From an uncultured Planctomycetota bacterium (GTDB lineage: Bacteria; Planctomycetota; Planctomycetia; Pirellulales; Lacipirellulaceae), in the NCBI GenBank assembly GCA_963719315.1, contig CAVRBU010000004.1:64001-128000 (forward strand): a stretch of DNA of 64,000 bases, in the 5' to 3' direction. A program made the translations under genes and the position numbers. How positions within the stretch are numbered: the stretch's first letter is position 1; every line of letters starts with the position of its first letter. Of the stretch, positions 51,624 to 63,220 are shown piece after piece. The notes below the pieces were generated by a model. The model did no database searches and had not been told where the DNA came from. It saw only the letters and a list, made by a program, of their open reading frames with translations.

Positions 51624-52871
51624 ATGGAACGTGCGACCAAGCTATTGAACAAATACGTCGTGCCCGCTTTGAGCGCGATCAGCGAGAACACGTACATGTC
51701 GGCCATTAGGGCCGGGATGGTGTCGATTGTGCCGCTGACGATCATCGGCGGCTTTTTTACGATCATTGCGTTTTTGCCAATCAAGGGGTGGGACGACGTG
51801 GTCGCCCCCTATCTTCAGTTGCTGCAAGTTCCCGTGACGGCGACATTTGGCTTGCTCGCGGTGTTTGCTTGCTTTGCCATCGGCTATGACCTGGGCAAGC
51901 AGCTCAAGCAGGAAGCGATCGTCAGCGCGATGATCGCCACGCTGATCTTCTTGATGATCCAGATCAAACTTGAAGACCAAACATTGTCGATCGACAACCT
52001 CGGTTCAAAAGGGCTCTTCACCGCCATCATCGTGGCCCTGATCTCGGTGCGCGTGCAAAAGTTCTTCTCTGACAAGAACTTCGTCATCAAGTTGCCGGAA
52101 AATGTGCCGTCGGTCGTCTATGAATCGTTTGTGTCGCTCACACCCCTGCTGTTCCTCGTCTTGGTGTTCTGGCTGATTCGCTTTGTGTTGGGGGTGGATA
52201 TCAACAACATCGTGCAGACTGCATTTCAGCCGATCGTGAAAGGATTGGATACGCTGCCCGGCATTCTCATGTACGCCCTATTGGTGACACTCTTATGGTC
52301 GGTGGGGATCAACGGCGATAACACGATGGATGCCATTGTGGCCCCGATTTTTCTGACGTACCTGTCCGAGAACGTGACGGCGATGACGCACGGGCAGCCA
52401 TTGCCGTACGTGACGGCCTATGGGTTTTTCACTGCCTTCGTCAACGTCGGCGGGACGGGGGCTACGCTCGGGCTGGCACTCGTCATGGCTTTCTCCAAAG
52501 AGCCTGGCTTCCGAAAGGTCAGCCGCTTATCGCTGCCCACGCAGATTTTTCAGATCAACGAGCCGATTTTCTTCGGCATGCCGATCGTGCTCAATCCGAT
52601 TTTCATGATGCCCTACATTCTTAACGCTCTCATCCTGACTACCTGTAGTTACCTGCTGATGTACTGGAATGTGATCCAAAGGCCGTTCGTCAATGTGCCC
52701 TGGACGACGCCGCCCATCATCGGGCATTACCTCGTCACCGGCGGCGACTGGAAGGCCACGGTCTGGGGCGCGATCTCCATCGTGATTGCCATGCTAGTCT
52801 ACTACCCGTTTGCCAAAGTCGCCGAACGCGAGCGATTGAAAGCCGAAGCCGCCGGAATCGCCCACGAGTAG
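51624..52871 (+). CDS. PTS EIIC, lactose/cellobiose (CelB/ChbC) family
   Basis: AGGAGG RBS; LGSKGLFTAI, LLWSVGING, GGTGATL, FQINEPIFFGMPIVLNP, PWTTPP, YYPF. Confidence 0.92.
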   Translation: MERATKLLNKYVVPALSAISENTYMSAIRAGMVSIVPLTIIGGFFTIIAFLPIKGWDDVVAPYLQLLQVPVTATFGLLAVFACFAIGYDLGKQLKQEAIVSAMIATLIFLMIQIKLEDQTLSIDNLGSKGLFTAIIVALISVRVQKFFSDKNFVIKLPENVPSVVYESFVSLTPLLFLVLVFWLIRFVLGVDINNIVQTAFQPIVKGLDTLPGILMYALLVTLLWSVGINGDNTMDAIVAPIFLTYLSENVTAMTHGQPLPYVTAYGFFTAFVNVGGTGATLGLALVMAFSKEPGFRKVSRLSLPTQIFQINEPIFFGMPIVLNPIFMMPYILNALILTTCSYLLMYWNVIQRPFVNVPWTTPPIIGHYLVTGGDWKATVWGAISIVIAMLVYYPFAKVAERERLKAEAAGIAHE

Positions 52872-52899
52872 TGTTCCGCAAGAATCGAGAGGGTTTTCA

Positions 52900-54168
52900 T
52901 TGGCTGAGCCTGCCTACACCCTTCGCGAGAGCACACCGCGAGACTTGCGGGTCTGGTGGATTTGTGGCTTGCTGCTGCTCGCATCGGCGATCAATTACAT
53001 GGATCGGCAAACATTGGCGAACGCCGCCGTGCGAATCAGCCGTGAATTCAATATGACCCAGGAGCAGTACGGCAATCTGGAGGCCGGCTTTGGCTGGGCG
53101 TTTGCCGTGGGTTCGCTGTTCTTTGGTTTTCTGGCAGATAAAGTCTCTCTGCGCTGGCTGTACGCCGCCGTCGTGTTGCTGTGGTCGGCGACGGGGTTCC
53201 TGTCGGGCACCGTGAAGAGCTATGACCAATTGCTCGTTTGCCGCACGCTGTTGGGGTTTTTCGAGGCTGGCCACTGGCCATGTGGAATCAAAACAGTTCG
53301 CGCACTGCTCGATGCCAGGGGACGCGCCATGGGCAATAGTGTACTTCAGAGCGGCACGTCGATCGGCGCCATTGCGACGCCGCTTATTATGACTCAGCTA
53401 CTTACCGACAACGTCGCCAGTTGGCGATTGCCATTTCAAGCAGTCGGCGCCGTCGGTGTCCTGTGGGTGATTGCTTGGATCGCCACAGGGCCGCGCGATG
53501 AATCGGCTGCTGCCTCGATCGATGGGCGCGACGACTCGGTTCGATGGTGGAAAATTTTGCTCGATCGGCGCATGCTGATCATCCTCGTGGTTGTGGCGCT
53601 CATCAATACAACCTGGCAATTGTTGCGGGCCTGGTTGCCAAAATTTCTGCAGGAGGGACGAGGGTACGGGGAATTCGAAGCGTTGTACTTTAATTCGGTC
53701 TGGTTTGCGGCGACCGATGTCGGCTGCCTGGGTGCTGGCGCGGTTGCGCTGTGGATTGCGCGGCACGGTCGGCCCGTTTTTCAGGCCAGGCTGCTCACGT
53801 TCCTCGCCTGCGCACTGATGTGTCTCCTCATGGTGACTCTTCCCTGGTTGCAACACGGATGGCTACTATTAATGCTGCTGCTGATTGCGGGCGCCGGAGC
53901 CCTTGGAGTATTTCCGATTTACCATGCGTTTACACAGGATCTATCGCACCGCCATCAGGGTAAAATAACCGGAATTGCTGGAGTAGCGGCCTGGGCGTTT
54001 TCACCCCTCGCTCAACGGATGTTCGGACGCCACGTCGATGAGACGCAGTCCTTTGACCAAGGACTAGCCCTAGCCGGTTGTTTGCCGATGATCGCGCTCT
54101 TACTATTGGCTGTTGGTTGGCCGCGAACTGCAAAGCCTATTGAGGATGAATATGCTGACCCGACGTAA
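52900..54168 (+). CDS. MFS transporter (hexuronate/ACS-like)
   Basis: INYMDRQTL, GFLADK, RTLLGFFEAGHWP, WLPKFL. Confidence 0.88.
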   Translation: MAEPAYTLRESTPRDLRVWWICGLLLLASAINYMDRQTLANAAVRISREFNMTQEQYGNLEAGFGWAFAVGSLFFGFLADKVSLRWLYAAVVLLWSATGFLSGTVKSYDQLLVCRTLLGFFEAGHWPCGIKTVRALLDARGRAMGNSVLQSGTSIGAIATPLIMTQLLTDNVASWRLPFQAVGAVGVLWVIAWIATGPRDESAAASIDGRDDSVRWWKILLDRRMLIILVVVALINTTWQLLRAWLPKFLQEGRGYGEFEALYFNSVWFAATDVGCLGAGAVALWIARHGRPVFQARLLTFLACALMCLLMVTLPWLQHGWLLLMLLLIAGAGALGVFPIYHAFTQDLSHRHQGKITGIAGVAAWAFSPLAQRMFGRHVDETQSFDQGLALAGCLPMIALLLLAVGWPRTAKPIEDEYADPT

Positions 54169-55414
54169 TTTTTTGGCCGGTGCCACAGTTGCTACCGGAG
54201 CACTGGTTACGAGAATCCGGGCGTCCGAATGGCCGCGAAAGAAGATTGCCTTTTTAGGCACCGAGGTTCGCGAACATTCGCATGCCCAGCACTTTCTCGA
54301 TCGACTCACGCTAGGTTATGGATGGCACGGCCAGTGGCTGCAACCGCGCGTGGACGTGGCCTCGGTCTTCATCGATCAATTTCCTGCTGGCGACCTGGCT
54401 CGCGAGCGCGTCAAGCGCCACCACCTCAAGCTTGTTCCCACGATTTTCGAAGCGCTGACGCTGGGCGGCAGTAAACTTGCGGTTGACGGCGTCGTGATCA
54501 TCGGCGAGCACGGCAACTATCCCAAGAACGAAAAGGGGCAAACGCTTTATCCGCGCTATGAGTGGTTCAAGGAAGTCGTCAAGGTATTTGAGGCCAGTGG
54601 CCGCGCCGCGCCAGTTTTCAACGACAAGCATCTCTCGACGACCTGGGAACGATGCAAGGAGATGGTTCAGGATTCGAAGCGGCTCGGTTTTCCATTCCTT
54701 GCCGGTTCTTCTTTGCCGGTTACTTGGCGGCTGCCGGCTACGGAGGTGCCGCACGGTGCGCCGCTCGTGGAAAGCGTCTGCGTTGGATATGGCGGCGTCG
54801 ATAGTTATGATTTTCACGGACTGGAGACGGCTCAATGCATGTCCGAGCGTCGCCACGGAGGCGAAGTCGGCATCAGCAGCGTTCATGTGCTGCGTGGCAA
54901 GCCGATGTGGGAATATCTAGCAACGCCCGACCGGAATACAACTCGCCGCCTGCTCGTGGCCGCGTTGACGCGCAGCCACACGCTGCCAGTCAAGGAAGGA
55001 TACGTCGAACAGCCGATCAGCGTGGAATGGGCGCGCAGCGTCTTTCCCGATTTGCTCGCGTATTTCATCGAGCACCGGGACGGTTTTCGCACCACGCTCT
55101 TCATGGCGCCGATTCAAGATTTCAACTATGCGGGGCTGCGCGGCGACACGGAGGAGATCATTTCCTGCCAGATGTATTTGCCGATGCCCGGCCACAGTGC
55201 CACGACGGCTGATTTCTTCCATCCTTTGGTGCGGCACATTGAGACGATGGTGCTGGAAAACCGCGCGCCCTATCCCGTCGAGCGGACTCTGCTCACGTCA
55301 GGGATGACACTTGCCGCGGTCGATTCGATTCACAATGGCTACACACTGGTGAACACGCCGGAGATGAAGGTCGTGTACCAGTCGCCGAACGAGTCGTTTT
55401 TCTGGCGGGATTAA
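54146..55414 (+). CDS. Tat-exported oxidoreductase-like hypothetical protein
   Basis: TRRNFLAG; VDGVVIIGEHG; NDKHLS; AGSSLP; YDFHGLE. Confidence 0.75.
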   Translation: MNMLTRRNFLAGATVATGALVTRIRASEWPRKKIAFLGTEVREHSHAQHFLDRLTLGYGWHGQWLQPRVDVASVFIDQFPAGDLARERVKRHHLKLVPTIFEALTLGGSKLAVDGVVIIGEHGNYPKNEKGQTLYPRYEWFKEVVKVFEASGRAAPVFNDKHLSTTWERCKEMVQDSKRLGFPFLAGSSLPVTWRLPATEVPHGAPLVESVCVGYGGVDSYDFHGLETAQCMSERRHGGEVGISSVHVLRGKPMWEYLATPDRNTTRRLLVAALTRSHTLPVKEGYVEQPISVEWARSVFPDLLAYFIEHRDGFRTTLFMAPIQDFNYAGLRGDTEEIISCQMYLPMPGHSATTADFFHPLVRHIETMVLENRAPYPVERTLLTSGMTLAAVDSIHNGYTLVNTPEMKVVYQSPNESFFWRD

Positions 55415-56016
55415 TGGTGACGCGGATGGACCCGCGCCGTGGCTTAAACGACCGTTTTGGCCAGTTTGGTCCGGCAGGAAATCTCTACTCGCCGACGCAA
55501 GTTGTTAGCTGGTCAGCGATTGGAACGTGGCGCTCGATCAAAAGTGTGCAACACGATTCCTGTGGACAACACTTGCCGGGTGTGCGTGGCGCCATTTCAG
55601 ATTTTTGAGGGGAAACAAGGATTTTTCTCGCGCATGGCAAGCGCAATAGGGGCTGACTTATGTCCATCTGAGCGATGATCGCGGTCGCACGAGAGACAAA
55701 AGTCGGAAAGTCCCGATCGGGATCGCGGCACAAACCTTCGGCCTCTGGCCGACGGCTGAAATCTATAGCTGACAGCTTTTTTGACTATCAAAGAGCGAGA
55801 GCAGTATCGCACGCTCGACGTTAGCACACTGGACGGCCGAAAACGAGAGATAATCCTTGTGACATTCCGGGCTGCAGGTTACTGGCAGCGCAGTTCTGCC
55901 GGCACGTCACGCAGGGCCGCATCGGGCAAGACGAATGAGCTGCCGATCAGCTCCGCGTTGTCGTTGATGAGGTCGGGAAAGCGCGTCACCGGCAGCAGGC
56001 AAACCGCGAATATCTC

Positions 56017-56439
56017 TTGCACGGCCTCCCCGAACTTGAGGAACGCCACCACCTGACCGCGCTCGATGTCCACGACCCACACGCCGCAGGTTCGCTCGGT
56101 ATCTTGCAACCGTTCTGTGATTTGTATGCCGCTGAAGATGGCCGTCTCGCGGACTTGCGACAGGCCGACACTGCGAGTCGCATCTTCAACATCACCGACC
56201 CCACGTTCGGAAGTGACCCACCGCTGGTGACGCTGATCGGCCTGACGCTCACGGGTGGTGATGTATCGGGCAACACGGCCGGCAGTCGCGGCGGAGGCGC
56301 GTACCTGTTCAACTACGACGGCACCGAAACGCTGGTCGAGAAATCGCACATCACGGGCAATCACGTGCCGTATGCCAGTGGAAGCGGACTCCGTCGCAAC
56401 GGCGGTGGAATTTACGCATATTTTGCATTGGCCGTGTAA
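56017..56439 (+). pseudogene. Fragment of a Pmp-like beta-helix surface protein
   Basis: SRIFNI...VTLIGLTLTGGDVSGN, GGGAY, GGGIY; two blocks identical to the 61143 gene. Confidence 0.7.
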
Positions 56440-56906
56440 AACAAAGACTTGACTGGCCCCCTATGGTAGATTAGCAGCGGAAAGGAGCGAGTGTAATGAG
56501 CCAGACTACAAAACGAGTCGCGTTTTCATTTTCCCCGGCAGTCGTGCTTGCGATTTGCATCACACTCACCGGACCAGCTCATGGAGAGCCGATCTACAGC
56601 CAGATTCTACCAGCTGAACCCGTTGGAGCATTCAGTTCGCTGAACTTGTCAGGATTCCAAAAGATAGGAGACAACTTTATTCTTAGCGGGGCGGGGCCAA
56701 TTACTGTCCGCTCGCTTCGCTTCGTAGGAGGTGTCACCGGTGCTGATGCTTCGTCACCGCCGGATGATTTCCGAATTGTCTTTCTCGATGACAACAGTGG
56801 AGTTCCGGGGATGTCCATACCAGGAGGCGACTATGCAATCGGCTCAGCGTTTCGTCGGACGCCAACGGGCGGCCAGTTGCTTAACGGAATAACAGTGCCT
56901 CTTGAA

Positions 56907-58233
56907 TCAGTAGTGTCCCAACGTTAGTCGAATAGCGACAACTGGTTAGGAGAATGGGGTAGTAGGATTTTGTAGTTGGATTGCGAAAACAGCTCGACCA
57001 AGGGGGTTTTCTCGAAAATCGAGACGCTGAGAATCTGTAGAATTGTGTAAAGCGACATTTCGATGCCGAGGCGTTTTTTGGCGATGGCCACGAGCAAGTA
57101 GACCGAAACGGCGATCCAGATTTGAGCCTTCACGGCGTTCTGGTTCGTGCCATAGAACGACTTGATCCGCAGGTGTTGTTTGATCCATTTGAAAAACAGC
57201 TCGATCTGCCAACGGGACTTGTACAGCGCCGCGATCGTCGTCGCCGGCAACTCGAAGTCGTTGGTCAGAAACACCAGACGCTTGCCGAGCGACTGGTCGT
57301 AGTAGCGAATGCGACGCAACGGTTCGGGGTACCCTTGAAAAGAGTAAAACGTTTCCAAGACCACCGTCTGGTCGCACTGCACGCCAGTCGTTCTGTCGAC
57401 CTCGCGGGAGTAACGTCGCTGAAACGTAAAATTCTTCTTGGCTCGGGTGACGAAATACGCTTTCGCTTGGTGAAGTTGGTACAGACGAGCAAAGTCGAAA
57501 TACCCGCGGTCCATGACGTAGTATGCGCCTGGTGATGGAACCAGGTAATCCAATACGTTCACATCGTGCAGTTTTCCGTCGGAAATCAGGATAAATTCGG
57601 GGATGTTGCCATGAAGATTGAGCAGCGTGTGCAGTTTGACGGCCCCCTTGGTCCGGCGAAACCGGGCCCAAGGGAACAGCGACAGGCACAAGTCGATCGT
57701 GGAGGCGTCGAGCGCGTAGACGGTGGCATCCAAGTCGATGCCCAAGTCTTCCGCGGCGTACAGCGCGCGGGCTTCTCCGATCAGAATCTGAGCGAAGTCG
57801 GCGTAGATCCGCCAGTCGCGCACTCGATTCGCGTTCGACAGATTGTTCCGCGAGACGCCGCCGCGAATCCCCATGTGATACCACTTGGTCTGCACGGCCC
57901 GCAGACAGGTTTCGACATCGCGCAAGCTTTCCCGGTAGGTAAGTTGCGCGAAGGCCATCACCCGCAGATGTTCGCCGCAGGGAAACGTTTTGATCTTGTG
58001 ATCGCCGTCGTAGCGACGGACGCACGTCTCGAAACGGCGCCACGGAACAAAGTCCATCAACTGCGAGAACACCAACTTGCCTGCGTGCATAGACCGATTC
58101 CCCTCCGAAATCCCGGAAATCGGAAATTATCGGCCAAGGCAATTTCAAATCGAAGCAGGTCATGGTCTTCCGTAAACTAGAAACAATTAACAACTTACAA
58201 TCAAACCACGAGAAAACGTTGGGACACTACTGA
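56907..58233 (-). mobile_element. IS4-family (DUF4372-type) element; transposase 56924-58090
   Basis: IR TCAGTAGTGTCCCAACGTT / AACGTTGGGACACTACTGA; FAQLTYRESLRD, LDASTI, MDRGY, YKSRWQIELFFKWIKQ. Confidence 0.93.
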
Positions 58234-58240
58234 TCTTGAA

Positions 58241-59578
58241 TCAGTACTGTCCGGCTAATGTCTGGTTGATTTCGTATAACCTAAACAATTTCAATGAGTT
58301 GCGTTGAGTCATGTGTGTACACGACTTGAACTGGCAAGCAGGCTTAACCCTCGACGGTGGCATTTTTTCGTTGCCGAAACCGTCGAGGAGGGCTTGTGTA
58401 CGACGGTCAACTTGTGTTTGCACAGTTGATGAACTTTTTGCCGCGGCGAGAGTTCAGCGCTTGCGTCGAGAGGTACAGTGGTCATCATCGCAATCGCGGC
58501 TTTTCGTGCCGCGATCAGTTCTTGTGTCTGGGGTTCGCGCAACTCACGTTCCGAGAGAGCCTGCGAGACATCGAAACGTGCCTGCGCCCTTGGAACCGAA
58601 GCTCTATCACGCTGGGTTTCGCGGCAAGGTCTCGCGGAGCACGTTGGCCGATGCCAATCGCGCGCACGACTGGCGAATTTATGCCGACTTGGCCCAAGTC
58701 TTGATCCGTCGCGCGCGAAAGCTCTACGCCCACGAGCCGCTGGGCGTCGAGCTGGTGCAAACCGTCTACGCGCTCGATTCGACGACCATCGACTTGTGCT
58801 TGAGCTTGTTTCCCTGGGCCAAGTTTCGTCGTCGCAAGGGGGCCATCAAACTCCATACTCTGCTCGACCTGCGCGGGGCGATTCCGTGTTTTATCCACAT
58901 TTCGCACGGGAAAATGCACGATGTGAACGTCCTCGATCACTTGCCGATCGAACCCGGCGCGTTCTACGTCATGGACCGCGGCTACGTCGATTTCCAGCGG
59001 CTCTATCGCTTCACGTTGGCCGCCGCGTTCTTTGTCACTCGAAGCAAGAAGAATCTCGATTGTACCCGCCGCGCTCGTCGCAAAGTCGACAAGGCGTCGG
59101 GTCTGCGCAGCGATCAGACAATCGTCTTGGCTGGCCCCAAATCGTCGCGGGCGTACCCCGTCCCGCTCCGCCGGATCGCGTTCTACGACACCGAGCACAG
59201 ACGACGGCTGGTGTTCCTGACCAACAACTTCACCTTGCCCGCGCTCACCATTGCGCAGCTCTACAAGTGCCGTTGGCAAGTCGAGTTGTTCTTCAAGTGG
59301 ATCAAACAGCATCTGCGGATCAAAGCTTTCTACGGCACGACCGACAATGCCGTGAAGACACAAGTGTGGATCGCCATCAGTGTTTATGTGCTGGTCGCTA
59401 TCGTGAAAAAGGAACTGCGAATCGAACGAAGCCTATCCGACATTTTGCAAGTCCTCAGCCTCACACTGTTCGAGAAAATCCCGTTGTTTGAGGCTCTTGA
59501 CAACAAAAACCGACCGTTTCCAGAAACCTCTAATCCTAACCAATTGAAACTGTTCGACTTATAGCCGGACAGTAGTGA
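58241..59578 (+). mobile_element. Second, distinct IS4-family (DUF4372-type) element; transposase about 58396-59564, frameshift near 58588
   Basis: IR TCAGTACTGTCCGGCTA / TAGCCGGACAGTAGTGA; same motifs as the neighbouring IS4 but diverged sequence. Confidence 0.92.
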
Positions 59579-59652
59579 TCTTGAATATGTCGTCAATCTT
59601 CCGGTTGGGATCCTACTAAGCCCCAAAACTGTATATTGGGTTTCGATTACTA

Positions 59653-60828
59653 TACCCTGCGTGGGGATAAATGATCTGTTCCCGAGTAGCTGATTTGTTG
59701 TACAAGGCCCTTATGTCGCCATCGAGGAGGATGGCGTGTTGCTGGCAAGGAGGGCTGTCATGGCTTGGTTTCGAGTCCGATTGACGGAAGAGGAACAGCG
59801 AATTGTCGCGGCCGAGCGGGAGTCTCATCCGGAGTCGCATGTCCGCCGCAAGATGCTGGTGTTGTGGTCGCTGCAGTGTGGTTTGAAGCGATCCCAGGCG
59901 GCGAAATTGGCGGGGGTCGGAGTGGCGACCGTCGGGCGGTACGTTGCGGCCTATCGTGATGGCGGGTTGGAGGGTCTGCGGCGGTGGAATGTGCAAGGGC
60001 CCGTGAGCGACTTGGCCGCCTATCGCGACGTGATCCGCGCGTCGTTCGAGAACCAGCCGGTCCGCACGACCGCGGAAGCCTGCGAACGCATTTACCAACT
60101 GACCGGCCTGCGGCGGGGACTGTCGCAAACTCGCAAGTTCCTGAAAGACATGGGACTCAAGTGGCAGCGGGTCCGGGCGCTCCCCGTGCCGCCCAAAAAA
60201 ACTTGGCCCAGCATGTCGCCGCGCAGGCCCTGTTTCACGACGTCGAACTGAAGCCCCGCCTCGACGCCGCCGCCCGAGGGCGGGGACACGTCTTCTTCGT
60301 CGATGCGGCCCACTTTGTGTACGGGACGTTCCTGTGCTGCTTGTGGTCGTTCACGCGAATCTTCGTGCGGGCCGCCGGGCCGCCAGCGGTTCAATGTCCT
60401 GGGAGCCTGGAACGCCGTGACCCGCGAACTGGTAAGCGTGACCAACACCACGGTCGTCAACACGGAAACGATGTGCGAGCTGTTGCGGAAGATCGCTGCC
60501 CTCGGTCTGGCCGGACCGATCACGTTGGTGCTGGACAACGCTCGCTACCAACGTAACGCCGCGGTGCAAGCGTTGGCGACGCAACTGGAAATCACGCTGC
60601 TGTTCCTGCCCTCCTACTCGCCGAACCTGAACCTCATCGAACGGCTTTGGAAGTTCATCAAGCGGCGGGCCATCTATGGGCGTTACCATCCCGGATTTCA
60701 AGAGTTTCAAGCCGCCATCCAAGAAACAATCGCCGACCTCGCAACCCGCCACGCCGAACCCCTCAAATCCCTCATGACGCTCAACTTTCAGCGATTCGAA
60801 GATGTCTCATTGCTGGCCGCGTAGGGTA
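59653..60828 (+). mobile_element. IS630-family element; transposase 59760-60824 (A7 shift near 60195, another shift near 60378)
   Basis: IR TACCCTGCGTGG / CCGCGTAGGGTA with TA duplication; FVDAAHF, LDNARYQ, LPSYSPNLNLIERLWK. Confidence 0.92.
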
Positions 60829-61142
60829 TAATGATCTTCTTCCGAATCATGGTTGGGTGTGGGCTCGCGCAAACGGATTATTTGACCAGGAGATAGCTAC
60901 GACAACCAACGACGTTGCGACTGGGGCGTGGACTGTGGGTCCTGTTGGCGGGATGTACTTTGAACTCAACGACCAGAGCATCCCAGAGCCCACGTCACTT
61001 GCAGTTCTTGTCGTAGCGTTATTAACCATTGCGGTAAAGTGCGGCCCACGCTCTCTTGTGCGCCGCCTTGCGGCTCCACAAGTATCGTGATGTTTACGAT
61101 TTAAGACTCCACAGTGTCCGCATGATTTCGGAAAGGAAAGCC

Positions 61143-62153
61143 ATGTTCCGCGGGAATTCTCGCCACGACCGTTATGCATGCCAACTCCGTATGGAAAGAC
61201 TTGAAGATCGCCAAATGCTTGCTGCTGTAACCGTTTCTGCGATCTCTGATGTTGTAGATTGGGATCAGATAGGTGGGATTCCGGAATTGATTGGTAGTCC
61301 CGGTGCAGATAACAAGATTTCGCTACGGGAAGCCGTCATAGCTGCGAACCAAACATTCGATGGAACGACAGACACGATCACATTCAGCACCAACCCCACC
61401 CATGGCCTCAACGGCGGCACAATTCTGTTAACCCAGGGCGAACTTTCCATCAGCGAAGCGGTCACGATCGACAGCAGGAACTCCAGCGGAGTCCCACTTG
61501 GCATCACGATCGACGCGCACGACGCGACGCCCAATACACACGGCGACGGCATCCGCATCTTCAACATCGCTGCGTTTAGCTCCGCTCCGGTCACGCTGAT
61601 CGGCCTGACGCTCACGGGTGGTGATGTATCGGGCAACGGCGGCGCGATCCGGTCGGCGGCGGACTTGATCGTCCGCGATTGCACGATCGAATCGAACGAG
61701 GCCAGCGGCAGGGGCGGGGGCATCTTTGTAGATGCCGCGGTTGACGTCTCCATTCTTCAAGGGAGCGTAATTACCGGTAATTCCGCCAGCGGCTCTGGCG
61801 GTGGCCTTTATGCGCGCGTTTACGGCGATTCCGCAATCCTTATCCAGGACTCGATGGTCTCCGACAACGACAGTGCCGTGAACGGAGGCGGCCTCGTTAC
61901 CAGGCTCGATGGCTCCTCGTCCCTGGCATTCGAACAATCGGTGATTTCCGGGAATACGGCCACTTATGACGGCGGGGGAGTCTACGCGAAGGCGGAGACC
62001 GATTACTACAATCCCATCCCAGCGCGACAGGCGATTACGATTTCACGGTCGTTGATCTCGGGCAACACGGCCGGCAGTCGCGGCGGAGGCGCGTACCTGT
62101 TCAACTACGACGGCACGGAGGTCAGTGACAACCGCTTTAGGCTTGCAGCCTGA
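61143..62153 (+). pseudogene. Truncated planctomycete surface protein (LEDR N-terminal motif, SLREA motif, Pmp-like GGAI repeats)
   Basis: LRMERLEDRQML, ISLREAVIAAN, repeated GNxA..GGG; ends abruptly within the repeats. Confidence 0.75.
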
Positions 62154-62266
62154 ATTTCATGTTCAAAAAAGTTCTTTGCTGCATTGCCATTCGTGGTGGT
62201 ATCATGTATTCGTCCAACCGTCCCAATAGCAACGATTTCGACATTGTCCGTTTCGAGGGCAGACTC

Positions 62267-63220
62267 ATGAACCGGACCTTTTGCATCAGCCTTGCCGTGC
62301 TGTGTTGGTTCGCAGGCGGTTCTAGTCCCTGTAGCGCCGATACGTTCGGTAACGGTGCGAATTCTTTTCAGATTGATTTCGTGACGATCGGCAATCCGGG
62401 CAATCCACCGGACGCGAATCCGAATCCGGCAGGCGCGGTGCTGTATGAGTATCGCATCGGGAAGTACGAAATCTCGGAGCAGATGATCGACAAAGCCAAC
62501 GCGCTCGGCGGGCTTGGCATCACGAAAGACACACGCGGTTCCGATTATCCGGCAAGAAGCGTCACGTGGTATGAGGCCGCGAAGTTCGTGAATTGGCTTA
62601 ACACGAGCACGGGCAGCGTGCCGGCGTACAAGTTCGACGCGAGCGGCACCTTTCAATTGTGGCAATCGACCGACGCAGGTTACGACGCGACGAATTTGTA
62701 TCGCAACAAGCTGGCGGCGTATTTTCTGCCGAGCCTCGACGAGTGGCACAAGGCGGCGTATTACGATCCGGCGGCAGGCTTGTATTACGACTATCCGACC
62801 GGCAGCGACAACGTTCCGGATGGAATCGACTTCGTGGGAGACCCAATCTTCGATGCCGTTTTTTACGACGGAGGCAATAACGGCGGACCTAATAATATAG
62901 CGAACACTGGATTAGCAAGTCCGTACGGTACGTTTGCCCAAGGTGGTAATACGCGCGAATGGGTCGAGACCGCGTTCGATCGCGTCAACAGCGGTGCTAC
63001 CGAACAGCGGAGCACTCCAGGCGGCGGTTGGGCAGATTCTCCAAATCTTCTCGCCGCCTGGAACACGGGTATTGGTGTTAGTCCCCAGGACGATAACACC
63101 GTCGTTGGATTTCGGATTTCAAGCATTGTTCCTGAGCCGAGTAATCTGATACTCGCGTCAATTGGATTATTGGAAGTGCTTCGCGTATGCACAAAGCGGC
63201 GTAAAAACCCGATGCATTGA
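62267..63220 (+). CDS. FGE-sulfatase/SUMF1-domain PEP-CTERM protein
   Basis: Signal peptide; DTFGNGANSF, LPSLDEWHKAAYYDP, GGNTREW, GFRISSIVPEP. Confidence 0.9.
   Translation: MNRTFCISLAVLCWFAGGSSPCSADTFGNGANSFQIDFVTIGNPGNPPDANPNPAGAVLYEYRIGKYEISEQMIDKANALGGLGITKDTRGSDYPARSVTWYEAAKFVNWLNTSTGSVPAYKFDASGTFQLWQSTDAGYDATNLYRNKLAAYFLPSLDEWHKAAYYDPAAGLYYDYPTGSDNVPDGIDFVGDPIFDAVFYDGGNNGGPNNIANTGLASPYGTFAQGGNTREWVETAFDRVNSGATEQRSTPGGGWADSPNLLAAWNTGIGVSPQDDNTVVGFRISSIVPEPSNLILASIGLLEVLRVCTKRRKNPMH

Larger units (their letters stand above)
56496..61090 (+). pseudogene. PEP-CTERM gene (245 aa when reconstructed) split by three IS insertions
   Basis: 56496-56906 + 59586-59652 + 60831-61090 join in frame: VPLE|YVVNLP...WVSIT|NDLLP...IPEPTSLAVLVV. 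Confidence 0.9.

Noticed and set aside
56946..59491. Long alternative-frame ORFs over the IS4 transposases (415 aa, 337 aa), and similar shadows at 24118-25137 and 22823-23767
   Set aside because: Overlapping or antisense ORFs expected in GC-rich coding DNA; no recognisable motifs.
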